This document shows positions 18,910 through 27,705 of a stretch of 64,000 nucleotides of DNA, piece by piece (the first letter of the stretch is position 1; every line of letters starts with the position of its first letter). Made by a program: the position numbers and the translations under genes. This DNA comes from an uncultured Acidimicrobiales bacterium. GTDB lineage: Bacteria > Actinomycetota > Acidimicrobiia > Acidimicrobiales > JANYDT01. Below the pieces are notes generated by a model. That model ran no database searches. It was not told the DNA's origin and worked only from the letters and a program-made list of their open reading frames with translations. Where the stretch lies: contig CAVXNJ010000002.1 of the NCBI GenBank assembly GCA_963763135.1, positions 81,562-145,561 of the forward strand. Direction: 5' to 3'.

Positions 18910-19137
18910 TGTCCCGTAAGCCAAATTCGCTGCGTAATTATCGGCCAGCTTCGGCCGTCGCTGCCTCCGTCGGCCGGCAGGGTAGCGAAGCAGGCCCTGC
19001 GCAGATGTTGCGGTTGGGTAAAGCAGGCGCTGCCTTCTGGCGTCCCGCAGGGCTGCGAAGCAGGCCCTGCGCAGAAGTTGCGACGACCAAACCGTGGCTC
19101 GCTAATTACGCGACCGTCTTAACTTACGGGACACTAG
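18906..19137. mobile_element. 232-bp MITE-like element bounded by perfect 15-bp terminal inverted repeats
   Basis: CTAGTGTCCCGTAAG (18906-18920) pairs with CTTACGGGACACTAG (19123-19137). A subterminal GCGTAATTA inverted repeat is also present. Inside are two direct copies of GCGAAGCAGGCCCTGCGCAGA, each able to form a GCAGGG/CCCTGC hairpin. There is no coding capacity. Confidence 0.45.
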
Positions 19138-19189
19138 CTCCCGCTCGATTCCCTTGAGCTGCCGTCGGGTGCGCCGCTGACATCACCGC

Positions 19190-19903
19190 GTGCGTCGAAT
19201 CTGTAAGGCTGGTGCTGTGCCACGCCATCGTTTCGTATCATCCGTCGCCATCGGGGCGCTCGTGACCCTGATCCCGCTTTCCATCGCCTCGTGCAGTTCG
19301 TCGTCGAGCGATGACACCGTCGTCGATACTGCTGTCGATACCGTCGTCGACTCCACGACCACTTCCACCGGAGACACGAGCGCGGTGGATTCGACGACTG
19401 CGTCGAGCGCTGACACGACTGCGACGGGCGCAACCGCTGAAACAACAATCTCTCCGACCGCGGCCGAGTCGACCGTGGCCGTGGCGGCCGACGACTCTGT
19501 CAACATCGCCGGACTCGCACTCGACAGCGCGGAAACGGTGATCGTAGAAATGCTCGGCGCTCCGGACGCCAAGTCGTCGACCGTAGAAGAGGGTGCCACC
19601 GGCGAATTCGTCTCTACCTGGACATGGCCGAAGACCGGTGTGACGGCCAAGATGGCCGCCGCTTCTCCCTCCGGTCCCTTTGTCGTACGTACGCTTACTA
19701 TCGCGCCACCGTCGACACTCCGTACCGTCGCCGGAATCGGGATCGGCTCGACCGATGCGGAGGTTCGTTCCGCCTACGGTGACAGCGTCAGCAAAGAGTC
19801 GACACCTGAACTCCTGATCGTCGGCTCGGTCTTCGGCGGTCTTCTCGTGAGCGTCGCCGACGGCAAAGTGACTGAACTCTTTGTCGGAGCAGCTGCTGAA
19901 TAG
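19190..19903 (+). CDS. hypothetical lipoprotein with a Thr/Ser/Asp-rich linker
   Basis: Signal plus lipobox IPLSIASCSSS, then a low-complexity linker and a globular C-terminal domain. The start is ambiguous (GTG at 19190 or a GTG nine codons downstream). Confidence 0.6.
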   Translation: MRRICKAGAVPRHRFVSSVAIGALVTLIPLSIASCSSSSSDDTVVDTAVDTVVDSTTTSTGDTSAVDSTTASSADTTATGATAETTISPTAAESTVAVAADDSVNIAGLALDSAETVIVEMLGAPDAKSSTVEEGATGEFVSTWTWPKTGVTAKMAAASPSGPFVVRTLTIAPPSTLRTVAGIGIGSTDAEVRSAYGDSVSKESTPELLIVGSVFGGLLVSVADGKVTELFVGAAAE

Positions 19904-20028
19904 ATGCCGCGGTCGGCACAGCGCGGCGGGTGCCCGGGGCTGTTTGGTTGTCAAGGTTCGGGGTTCGGTCAGGCTTGTGCGGACACGCGGGACAGCGTGC
20001 GCCTGCCTGGCCGGGAGGTGGTAGACGG

Positions 20029-21276
20029 TTATGCAGGTGTGCGCAATCGTCTGCCCGGTTGGATGAGTTCACCAGTGTCGCGTTGCACGATGTCAACCAG
20101 GCCGTCGGGTGCGCGTTCCACCACGAGCTCGTTCTCGTGGGTATGCGGGTGATGCGGGCGACATAGCGGCACCATCTTGTCGACATCGGTTTCGCCGTGG
20201 TCGAGGTGGACTTCGTTGATATGGTGAATTTGGCATTGGTCAGCCCATACCTGGCATTCGGGGTACACACAGCGTTGGTCACGGGCGATGATTGCGAGTC
20301 GTTGAACCGCTGTAGGTTCATGTCGGGCGCGTCCGAATTTGAGGACTTCGCCATGCATGTTCTCGAACAGGTAGTAGAGCTCGGAGCGGGTTTGATCGAA
20401 CAGCGACTCGGTGACTGGGATCGGGCCTTTGCCGATCAGGGTGGCCTTCCATTGGTCCACGTTGAATACGATGATCACCGCGGGTTTCGCGGTTTGCACT
20501 ACCGTTCCCGCTACCGGGGTTGAACCGCCAACCACCCGATCATCATCGCTCGCCTGTTCGGTGGGATTGCTGTCGGTGGCGGTGTCGTAGAACGGTCGGA
20601 CACCAGCGATATCGAGTAATGCGTCGGCCATCCGTTGATCGTGACTGTCACCACCGTGCCCACCCGCGGTTCGGGCGCGTTCGGGGTGATCCTTGCGCCA
20701 TTTGGCATTCACCAACGTAGCCAGCACTTCGCGGAAATGTTTCCCGTCGACCGGTGGCAACAACCCGCGAAACGCCAGCATGCCGTCGGGGCCGTCTCCA
20801 AACCGGAGATAGCGCTGCGCTCGCTGACGTTTCGCCGAGTCATCCCCGTGCTCGGCCGCTAGCCGGAACGATTCGACCGTTACCCTGAACTCTTCCGGTG
20901 ATTGCACCACTGCAACATCCAACAGGTCCTCTGCGCCAGCCATAGCGATGACTCGTTCCAACGCGGCCAGATGTTCGGGCGAAACCACACCCCGGCCGAG
21001 CAGTTCACGGGCTCGAGCGAAATTGTCACACGTCACTGCTACCTTGCTTCGTTGAAGCGCTTCCCCCGCCGACACTCCACACGCCCGAGCAATCGCAGTC
21101 GTTTTGTCTCGCGTCTCCGGCATTCCTGCGATCAACCCGGCCATTGCTGCGTGCGCCTCACGCACGATGCGTTCCAGCTCGGCCAAGCCCGCCATGCGCT
21201 CAACCTGCGTGAATCCACTGGCGTCCATCAACGGGACGTGCACGGCGGCCCACAACGCGATTCCGATCACTTCCAT
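20029..21276 (-). CDS. DUF222 / HNH endonuclease (13E12-repeat-like family)
   Basis: 415 aa. The C-terminus has CQIHHINEVHLDHGETDVDKMVPLCRPHHPHTHE (HNH motif). The long helical N-terminal domain is typical of actinobacterial DUF222 proteins. Confidence 0.85.
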   Translation of the reverse strand: MEVIGIALWAAVHVPLMDASGFTQVERMAGLAELERIVREAHAAMAGLIAGMPETRDKTTAIARACGVSAGEALQRSKVAVTCDNFARARELLGRGVVSPEHLAALERVIAMAGAEDLLDVAVVQSPEEFRVTVESFRLAAEHGDDSAKRQRAQRYLRFGDGPDGMLAFRGLLPPVDGKHFREVLATLVNAKWRKDHPERARTAGGHGGDSHDQRMADALLDIAGVRPFYDTATDSNPTEQASDDDRVVGGSTPVAGTVVQTAKPAVIIVFNVDQWKATLIGKGPIPVTESLFDQTRSELYYLFENMHGEVLKFGRARHEPTAVQRLAIIARDQRCVYPECQVWADQCQIHHINEVHLDHGETDVDKMVPLCRPHHPHTHENELVVERAPDGLVDIVQRDTGELIQPGRRLRTPA

Positions 21277-21307
21277 CTATTCTCAACTCCCTCCGGTTTC
21301 GTGTTCA

Positions 21308-21321
21308 CAAACATATGTTCG
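21308..21321. promoter_or_regulatory. imperfect LexA/SOS-box-like dyad upstream of the HNH gene
   Basis: CAAAC-ATAT-GTTCG lies 32-45 nt upstream of the ATG at 21276. It resembles GAAC-N4-GTTC with one core mismatch. Confidence 0.3.
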
Positions 21322-21441
21322 CGTTGAAATGACCCGATGTCAATCGCGATTTCGTCGAACAGGCAGAATTCCCAGGCCGTGTCCGCAGTAATCGGCGATC
21401 GCTTCGGTCCGGCTCAGTGTTGGACCGCTAGGTTGGGCGAC

Positions 21442-21830
21442 ATGGTGATGTGGGCGCATCGAAATTCGGCAACGACACCGTAAGATTTAGGGTGAGCGGC
21501 TCGGGCGACGCTCCAAACGATCCCTTCGACAAACGTGCAAACTGCGTTACATGCGGTCGTCGAAGCCGAGGTTCCCTCGGACCAAGACGCCATCTTCGAG
21601 CGCTTCGCCGTAGCGCAGCTCTCCTCTGCGAACCCTCGGTGGAGCTGAGTCCAGTCGATCTTGGTGCTTCGTCGCGGCGGGTGAGCGGGGGCGCAGCAAC
21701 CACATACCGCAGCGAATCCAACCCCGAAGGTGTCGCTTGGCGGTTCGCCCGACCGGAGGGGCCAGCCCCCCTGGCCTATGCAGCGAAGCTGGAGCATTTG
21801 GCATGGGCGGCAGGGAAGCACTCATGCGAC
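21442..21830 (+). pseudogene. degraded DUF4259 paralog
   Basis: The DNA aligns with the intact copy at 22441 (ATGG.GATGTGGGC..., CAACGACACCG, and an identical 19-mer GGACCAAGACGCCATCTTC). It has a 1-nt deletion after codon 4, giving a TAA 9 codons later, and at least one further frame change. Confidence 0.55.
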
Positions 21831-21924
21831 TCCAACCTTCGCCGTCTTCACCGGACCTTGACAGTCAGATTCAGGCCGTCCTCGAAAGTTGAGGTCAAAC
21901 GGCGACATCTGAGAGCCTGACGGT

Positions 21925-22416
21925 ATGCGTTACGAGGTGGTCGACGAGCTGCAGCCCGGCGAAGTCGATCTCCTTTCGCGGTTGTTGGACGAGGAGTTGG
22001 GCGGTCGTTGGCAGGTCCGCCTCGGAGAGCTGATCGATGTGCTCACCCTGCCGGTGGTGGCCGCACGTTCGGACGAGCGGCTCGGTGGCGTGTGCTGTTA
22101 CGCGCCTGATGTCCCACGGTGGGAGCTCGCCCTGCTCGAAGTCTTTCCTGCGGATCGGGGCAGCGGACTGGGCGGGGTCCTCATCGACGAGGTCGCAGCC
22201 CGAGCCACAGCAGCGGGGGCCGCCGGCCTTTGGCTGACGACCACGAACGACAACATTCCTGCGATCTCGCTGTATACGCGTCACGGCTTCACCGTCACGG
22301 AGCGCCGGCTGGGCGTGATCGCGTCGTACCGAACGTTGAAGCCGACGATTCCGCTGTTGGGCGTGGCCGGGGTGCCGATCACCGACGAGCTGATCCTTCA
22401 CCGAAACCTGCCGTAG
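21925..22416 (+). CDS. GNAT-family N-acetyltransferase
   Basis: 163 aa. The acetyl-CoA motif region is LEVFPADRGSGLGGVLIDEV, followed by NIPAISLYTRHGF. Confidence 0.8.
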   Translation: MRYEVVDELQPGEVDLLSRLLDEELGGRWQVRLGELIDVLTLPVVAARSDERLGGVCCYAPDVPRWELALLEVFPADRGSGLGGVLIDEVAARATAAGAAGLWLTTTNDNIPAISLYTRHGFTVTERRLGVIASYRTLKPTIPLLGVAGVPITDELILHRNLP

Positions 22417-22440
22417 GAATGGACGCTAGGTTCGTCCGGC

Positions 22441-22890
22441 ATGGGGATGTGGGCCGCTTCGGCATTTGACAACGACACCGCAATGGATTGGGCGAGCGGT
22501 CTGAGCGCCCGTCCAGACGAGCCCTTTGGCAAACTGGAAGCAGCATTTCGTGCGGTCGCCGAGGCCGACACGCTCGCGGACCAAGACGCCATCTTCCAGT
22601 GCGTGGGAGCGGCGGCGGCTCTCCTGCACAGCCTTGGTATCTCGACCGCCAGAACTGTCCATGAGGTCGAAACCTGGGCGAAGAACCTGCACGTCCCGAC
22701 ACCCGAAATGCTCCTTCCACTTGGGGTCGCTGCCATGCGAAAGGTCAGCGCAGACCCGGGCGTCGTCTCGAACACCATCGCTGCGCCGCGTGACGTGCTC
22801 CTCCTGGCTCGGCCTATTGGTCAAACTCGAATCGCAATTGTCCGGAGCAGCTCACCCCGCCGCCTCCGTCGATCGGTCAACGATCGATAG
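22441..22890 (+). CDS. DUF4259-family protein
   Basis: The N-terminal hallmark is MGMWAASAFDNDTAMDW. 149 aa. Confidence 0.6.
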   Translation: MGMWAASAFDNDTAMDWASGLSARPDEPFGKLEAAFRAVAEADTLADQDAIFQCVGAAAALLHSLGISTARTVHEVETWAKNLHVPTPEMLLPLGVAAMRKVSADPGVVSNTIAAPRDVLLLARPIGQTRIAIVRSSSPRRLRRSVNDR

Positions 22891-23033
22891 GTCAACCGAT
22901 GATCGAAAAGTCACGCCTGAACCGGCAACTCCGAAGCCGCGACGGCCAAGCGCAACAGAACGACTGATCGGCGGGTGGATGCGTTTGAAGACCGATCCTG
23001 AGTGCGTGGCCTATTGCGTGGCCGAAGCCCGAG

Positions 23034-23357
23034 TTGGTGGTCTCACCCTTATACCGTTTCGTTCCGAACAGGTCTCCGGTCGCTCGGAAGTACGCGCTTG
23101 CGGCGCCTTGGCAACCTCTGAACCTAGATCCTCGAGACGTGCGGAAATACTTCGCCGTAGATGCCAACCTCACGACTGTGGTCGTAGAACTGAACTACTG
23201 GCATAGCTTTCGCGTGTGGTCAGGCACCGTGCCGAAGACATTCTTCGGGTGTGTCGACGGCAAAGTGCGGACGCGCCGGCCATCAAACGCAGTCGTGTGG
23301 GAGAACGGAAACACAGCATCTTCGTACCCAACGCCGGATTGGTGGAAAGCCAATTGA
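23034..23357 (+). CDS. hypothetical protein (weak call)
   Basis: 107-aa ORF in a lower-GC patch. Third-position G+C is elevated only in its C-terminal half. No recognisable motif. The opposite strand also yields protein-like fragments, so this may be gene debris. Confidence 0.25.
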   Translation: MVVSPLYRFVPNRSPVARKYALAAPWQPLNLDPRDVRKYFAVDANLTTVVVELNYWHSFRVWSGTVPKTFFGCVDGKVRTRRPSNAVVWENGNTASSYPTPDWWKAN

Positions 23358-23377
23358 CGCACGGCGAAACGGAGACC

Positions 23378-23885
23378 GGCTACATGAACGTGGGGCTGAC
23401 GAACGTGTGGCCGTAGATGCTCCGCTGTGACGTCTACGGCTACATGAACGTGGGGTTGGCGATCGTGTGGCCGTGGATGCTCCGCTGTGACGTGTACGGC
23501 TACATGAACGTGGGGTTGGCGATCGTGTGGCCGTAGATGCTCTGCTGTGACGTCTACGGCTACATGAATGTGGGGTTGCTGATCGTGTGGCCGTAGGTGC
23601 TCCGCTGTGACGTCTACGGCTACATGAACGTGGGGGTTGGCGATCGTGTGGCGGTAGATGCTCTGCTGTGACGTCTACGGCTACGTGAACGTGGGGTTGG
23701 CGATCGTGTGGCCGTAGATGCTCCGCTGTGACGTCTACGGCTACGTGAACGTGGGGTTGGCGATCATGTGGCCGTAGATGCCTCCGTGACGACATCTACG
23801 GCTACGTGAACGTGGGGGTTGGCGATCGTGTGGCCGTAGGTGCTCGGTGACGACGTTTTCGGCTACATGAACGAGGGGCGGACCG
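23378..23885 (+). repeat. 60/61-bp tandem repeat, about 8.4 copies (MIRU-like minisatellite)
   Basis: The unit is GGCTACATGAACGTGGGGTTGGCGATCGTGTGGCCGTAGATGCTCCGCTGTGACGTCTAC. Copies start at 23378, 23438, 23498, 23558, 23618, 23679, 23739 and 23800, with a partial copy at 23861. Each unit has the hairpin GCCGTAGA-N15-TCTACGGC. Confidence 0.95.
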
Positions 23886-23924
23886 CTGGAGCGAAGAAGA
23901 ATCTGGAACAAATTCCGGGCTACC

Positions 23925-23951
23925 TGTCGATTCCGGGGTACAACGTTCGTT
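23925..23951 (+). promoter_or_regulatory. candidate ECF-type promoter for the DGPF/sigma operon
   Basis: TGTCGA, 17 nt, CGTT about 55 nt upstream of the ATG at 24004. A GGAAC-N16-GTCGA alternative overlaps at 23905-23930. Confidence 0.3.
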
Positions 23952-24003
23952 GTGGTGTCGAGGCCGGCAATCGTGCGGGTCGCACCAACCAAGGAGATCT
24001 GAA

Positions 24004-24363
24004 ATGAGCCAGTACCTGTTGTCAGTCCACGGCAGTGACGAGTCCGTTGCGGCCGTCGATCCGTCCACCATGCAGGGGATGTTCGAGGCGGTTGAAGCGT
24101 TCAACGAAGAGGTGCGCCAGGCCGGTGCATGGGTGTACGCGAACGGCCTGATGTCTGCCAGCACCGCCACAGTCGTCGACGCCACCGGGGGCGAAACCGT
24201 GTTCACCGATGGCCCGTACCTGGAGACCAAGGAGCACATCGGCGGCTTTTGGATCATCGACGTCGCCGACCTCGACGCCGCCCTCGCCTGGGCCGCCAAA
24301 GGTTCCGCGGCTTGCCAGGGTCCGGTCGAGGTCCGTCCGTTCCAGCCCACCGACGGCGCCTGA
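24004..24363 (+). CDS. YCII-related (DGPF) domain protein
   Basis: 119 aa with an AAGGAG Shine-Dalgarno. Contains the motif TDGPYLETKEHIGGFWIIDV. Confidence 0.85.
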   Translation: MSQYLLSVHGSDESVAAVDPSTMQGMFEAVEAFNEEVRQAGAWVYANGLMSASTATVVDATGGETVFTDGPYLETKEHIGGFWIIDVADLDAALAWAAKGSAACQGPVEVRPFQPTDGA

Positions 24364-24371
24364 CGCAAACC

Positions 24372-25776
24372 GTGCCAGATTCGCTCGCTGCCTCCGCCAT
24401 CGGTCGCATCTTCCGGGAGGAATCCGGACGCTCGATCGCCACACTGGTCCGCACCTTCGGCGACATTGACATCGCCGAAGAAGCGGTCCAGGAGGCGTTC
24501 GTCGAAGCGACCAGGCGCTGGCCCGAGTCCGGCCTTCCCCCGAACCCCGGGGCATGGATCACAACGACGGCCCGCAACCGCGCCATCGACCGGATTCGCC
24601 GTGAATCGACCCGCCATGAACGACACACCGCCGCTGCCCGACTCGACCCGGGCGAGGAACAAGCGACGCCGGTCGGCCCCGTGAACGACGACCGACTTCG
24701 GCTGATCTTCACCTGTTGCCATCCGGCTTTGGCCACGACCGCACAGGTCGCGCTGACACTTCGGCTCCTCGGGGGACTCGAAACCGGCGAAATTGCCCGA
24801 GCGTTTCTGGTGCCGGAGTCCACGATGGCCCAACGCATCGTGCGGGCGAAGCACAAGATCAAGGCGAACAACATTCCGTACCGGATTCCCGCCGATCACG
24901 AGCTGCCCGATCGACTCAAGCCGGTCCTTACCGTCGTCTACCTGATCTTCAACGAAGGCTACGCAGCCACGGGCGGCATCGAGCTTGTCCGTGACGACCT
25001 TTGTGCCGAAGCGATCCGACTCGGACGCCTGCTCGCGGAACTGATGCCCGACGAACCCGAGGTGAACGGGCTCCTCGCGCTCGATGCTGTTGATCGCATC
25101 ACGGCGTCCCGCACGGATCGGTCCGAACGGGGAGATCGTGTTGCTAGCCGATCAGGATCGCACCCGGTGGGATCGTGCGCTGATCGACGAGGGCCAAGCA
25201 CTGGTGCGGGCGTCGCTGCGGCGCAACATGCCGGGTCCGTATCAGGTTCAGGCGGCGATCAATGCGGTTCACAGTGACGCGGCAAGTGCATCCGACACTG
25301 ACTGGAACCAAGTGCTCGCGCTCTACGACCTCCTCTACCAGTTGTCGCCGAACGCAGTGGTGGCCCTGAACCGTGCTGTTGTGCTGGCCGAAGTCGAGGG
25401 CACGTCCGTCGCTTTGACCGCGGTCGACGCACTCGACCTCGACCGCTACCATCCGTTTCACGCAACGCGGGGAGAACTTCTCAGCCGCCTCGGCCGCCAC
25501 GCCGATGCCGCAACCGCCTTCCGACGCGCACTCGCCTTGACCACCAACGAGACCGAACAGGGCTTCTACACGGCGGCCGTCGGCCGGGCCATCGCGGCGT
25601 CGGCCGGCACGCGGCCGACGCCGACGCCGATGCCGACGCCATCGCGGCCGCCGACGCCATCGCCATCGCCGCCGACGCCAACCCCAACGCGGCCGCCATC
25701 GCCGCCGACCCCGACCCCAACTAACCGGGCGACAACCCGGTCGTTTCCTGTCCGATCTACCTCTCCATCAAGATAG
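24372..25776 (+). pseudogene. ECF sigma factor with a long TPR-like C-terminal extension (ECF42-like); apparent 1-nt insertion near 25083
   Basis: Sigma regions 2 and 4 are present (AWITTTARNRAIDRIRRE and GEIARAFLVPESTMAQRIVRAKHKI). The first frame ends at EPEVNGLLAL. The continuation MLLIASRRPARIGPNGEIVLLADQDRTRWDR...GPYQVQAAINAVH is in the +1 frame (ORF 25084..25776). Deleting G25083 restores GLLALMLLIA. Confidence 0.75.
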
Positions 25777-25793
25777 TTCGCAAAACTAACTAT
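25773..25793. promoter_or_regulatory. AT-rich inverted repeat, possible MarR operator
   Basis: ATAGTT-N9-AACTAT lies 19 nt upstream of the marR-like ATG at 25812. Confidence 0.3.
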
Positions 25794-25811
25794 CCGACGT
25801 AGACTGGTCGC

Positions 25812-26276
25812 ATGACGAAGAGTGAGCCGTCGATTCAAGAACATGAGCGATCCATCGAAGTGGCCTCACAGTTGCGCGTCGTGGTGGCCCGGTTCGCGTG
25901 GTTGCTTCGCCAACAGGATGACAGCGGCTTCGGGCCGACGCTCTCCGGGGCGCTGTCCACGATCGCCCAGCGCGGTCCGATCACGCTGGGCGATCTGGCC
26001 GAGCGCGAACGCCTGGCCAAGCCGACGGTCACCCGGCTGATCGAGCGTTTGGAAGGCGCCGGCTACGTCGCCCGGAAGTTCGATCCCAACGACAAGCGGG
26101 TCTGCATGGTGGTGGCGACTCCGTCGGGAAAGCGTCATCTGGAGCGGGTACGCGGCAGGCGCACGGCGTGGCTGGCCGAACGTCTGGCCGACCTGAGCTC
26201 CGAAGAAATCGAGCAACTCGAGAATGCTGTCCAGGTGCTGGAGCGAATGTCGCGTCCATTCGGCGAGGGGCGGTGA
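25812..26276 (+). CDS. MarR-family transcriptional regulator
   Basis: 154 aa. The wHTH region is ITLGDLAERERLAKPTVTRLIERLEGAGYVARKFDPNDKR. Confidence 0.9.
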   Translation: MTKSEPSIQEHERSIEVASQLRVVVARFAWLLRQQDDSGFGPTLSGALSTIAQRGPITLGDLAERERLAKPTVTRLIERLEGAGYVARKFDPNDKRVCMVVATPSGKRHLERVRGRRTAWLAERLADLSSEEIEQLENAVQVLERMSRPFGEGR

Positions 26277-26279
26277 TCC

Positions 26280-27614
26280 GTGAAAGTTGAAGAACAACCG
26301 TCGAATGGCACTACCGAGATCCATGGGGCACGGGAGCCGGATGGGGCTGCAGGGAACGGCGACGTCGTAGTGGGCGGCCGACTCAGCGTTGCACTGCACG
26401 AAACCTTCCGCTCGCTTTCGGTCAGGAACTTCCGGGTGTTCTTCGCCGGTCAGACGACCTCGCAGATCGGTAACTGGTTGACGCTGATCGCCCAGTCGCT
26501 GCTCGTGTTGAGGATCACGCACAACAACGGCGTCGCCGTCGGTGTCCTCAACGCGTTTCAGTTCGGACCGGTGCTGTTGCTCGGAGCGTGGGCCGGTCTC
26601 GTCGCCGACCGTAGTGACAAGCGCAAGCTCTTGATCATCGTGCAGACGTGTGCGATGGGTCAGTCGTTCGTGATGGCGGCCCTCGCCTTCACCGGACATC
26701 CCCCGTTGCTCGCGATCTATGCCGTCGCCATGGTCGGTGGAACGGCGAACGCGTTCGATAATCCGGCCCGGCGCGCCTTCGTTACCGAGATGGTTCCGCT
26801 GGATCACGTGCAGAACGCGGTGAGCCTGAACTCCGCGCTTATGACATCCGCTCGGGTCATCGGGCCCACGCTGGCCGGGCTGTTGATCGTCACCGTGGGA
26901 TTCGGATGGTGCTTTGTCGTCGACGGTGTCAGCTACCTGGCGGTCATATTTGGGCTCTGGCGCATCCGCCCGAGCGAGTTGCGCACGCCGAAGCCGACCA
27001 CTCGGGGGAAGGGTCAGATCCGGGCCGGCCTCCGCTATGCCCGATCAGTGCCCGACCTTTGGATTCCCCTCGTGATGACCGCCGTGATCGGTACGTTTGC
27101 CTTCAACTTCTCGGTCGTCGTGCCCCTGTTCGTGAAGCGCACGCTCCACGGCACCGACACCACGTTCACCGTGTTGTACTCCGTTCTCAGCCTCGGTTCG
27201 TTGACCGGGGCGCTGCGAGCGGCCCGACGAACCACGGTGGAGGTCCTCGACGTCGCCAAAGGTGCCCTCTTCTTCGGCGGGGCGATTCTGGCTATGTCCG
27301 TATCGCCGACCCTGGCAACCTCGTTTCCGATCGCCATCCTCCTCGGTTTCGGCGGCATCATGTTCATGAGTTCCTGTAACGCCATCGTGCAGATGCGGTC
27401 GTCGCAGGAAATGCGCGGCCGGGTGCTTGCGCTCCAGGCGATCGTGTTCCTCGGAAGCACCCCGGTTGGCGGTCCGATTCTCGGCCTGATCTGTCAGACG
27501 CTCGGGGCCCGAGCCGGCTTCGTCACCGGCGGTGTTTCGTGCCTGGCCGCTGCAGCGTGGGCCTTCAGCCGGGTCCGAACGTTGTCGAAACCGGTGGCGG
27601 CCGCGATGACCTGA
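26280..27614 (+). CDS. MFS transporter (EntS/MFS_3-like efflux type)
   Basis: 444 aa, about 12 hydrophobic segments. The GTG start is 3 nt after the marR stop. Confidence 0.85.
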   Translation: MKVEEQPSNGTTEIHGAREPDGAAGNGDVVVGGRLSVALHETFRSLSVRNFRVFFAGQTTSQIGNWLTLIAQSLLVLRITHNNGVAVGVLNAFQFGPVLLLGAWAGLVADRSDKRKLLIIVQTCAMGQSFVMAALAFTGHPPLLAIYAVAMVGGTANAFDNPARRAFVTEMVPLDHVQNAVSLNSALMTSARVIGPTLAGLLIVTVGFGWCFVVDGVSYLAVIFGLWRIRPSELRTPKPTTRGKGQIRAGLRYARSVPDLWIPLVMTAVIGTFAFNFSVVVPLFVKRTLHGTDTTFTVLYSVLSLGSLTGALRAARRTTVEVLDVAKGALFFGGAILAMSVSPTLATSFPIAILLGFGGIMFMSSCNAIVQMRSSQEMRGRVLALQAIVFLGSTPVGGPILGLICQTLGARAGFVTGGVSCLAAAAWAFSRVRTLSKPVAAAMT

Positions 27615-27705
27615 TCCAGCGGGGATCACCCCTGTTGAACAGGTCCGAAGCACACCCACCCACCGCTGTCACCGCCTCGGCGAGGCCGCAAGCTACCCTG
27701 AGGCC

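Noticed and set aside
21450-21920. 156-aa ORF as a genuine protein-coding gene
   Set aside because: Its first third is the frameshifted remnant of a DUF4259 paralog and the rest is Arg-rich out-of-frame sequence. It is treated as part of the pseudogene.
23387-23419. 10-codon mini-ORF (MNVGLAIVWP) present in each 60-bp repeat unit, as a real peptide gene
   Set aside because: It has no Shine-Dalgarno, the start codon is not conserved (ATG or GTG), and 61-bp units break any longer frame. It is mentioned in the finding but not annotated.
23378-23885. Possible CRISPR array (regularly spaced repeats with a hairpin)
   Set aside because: The whole 60-bp unit is repeated almost identically, so there are no unique spacers. 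No cas genes or leader are present in the window. It is a minisatellite.
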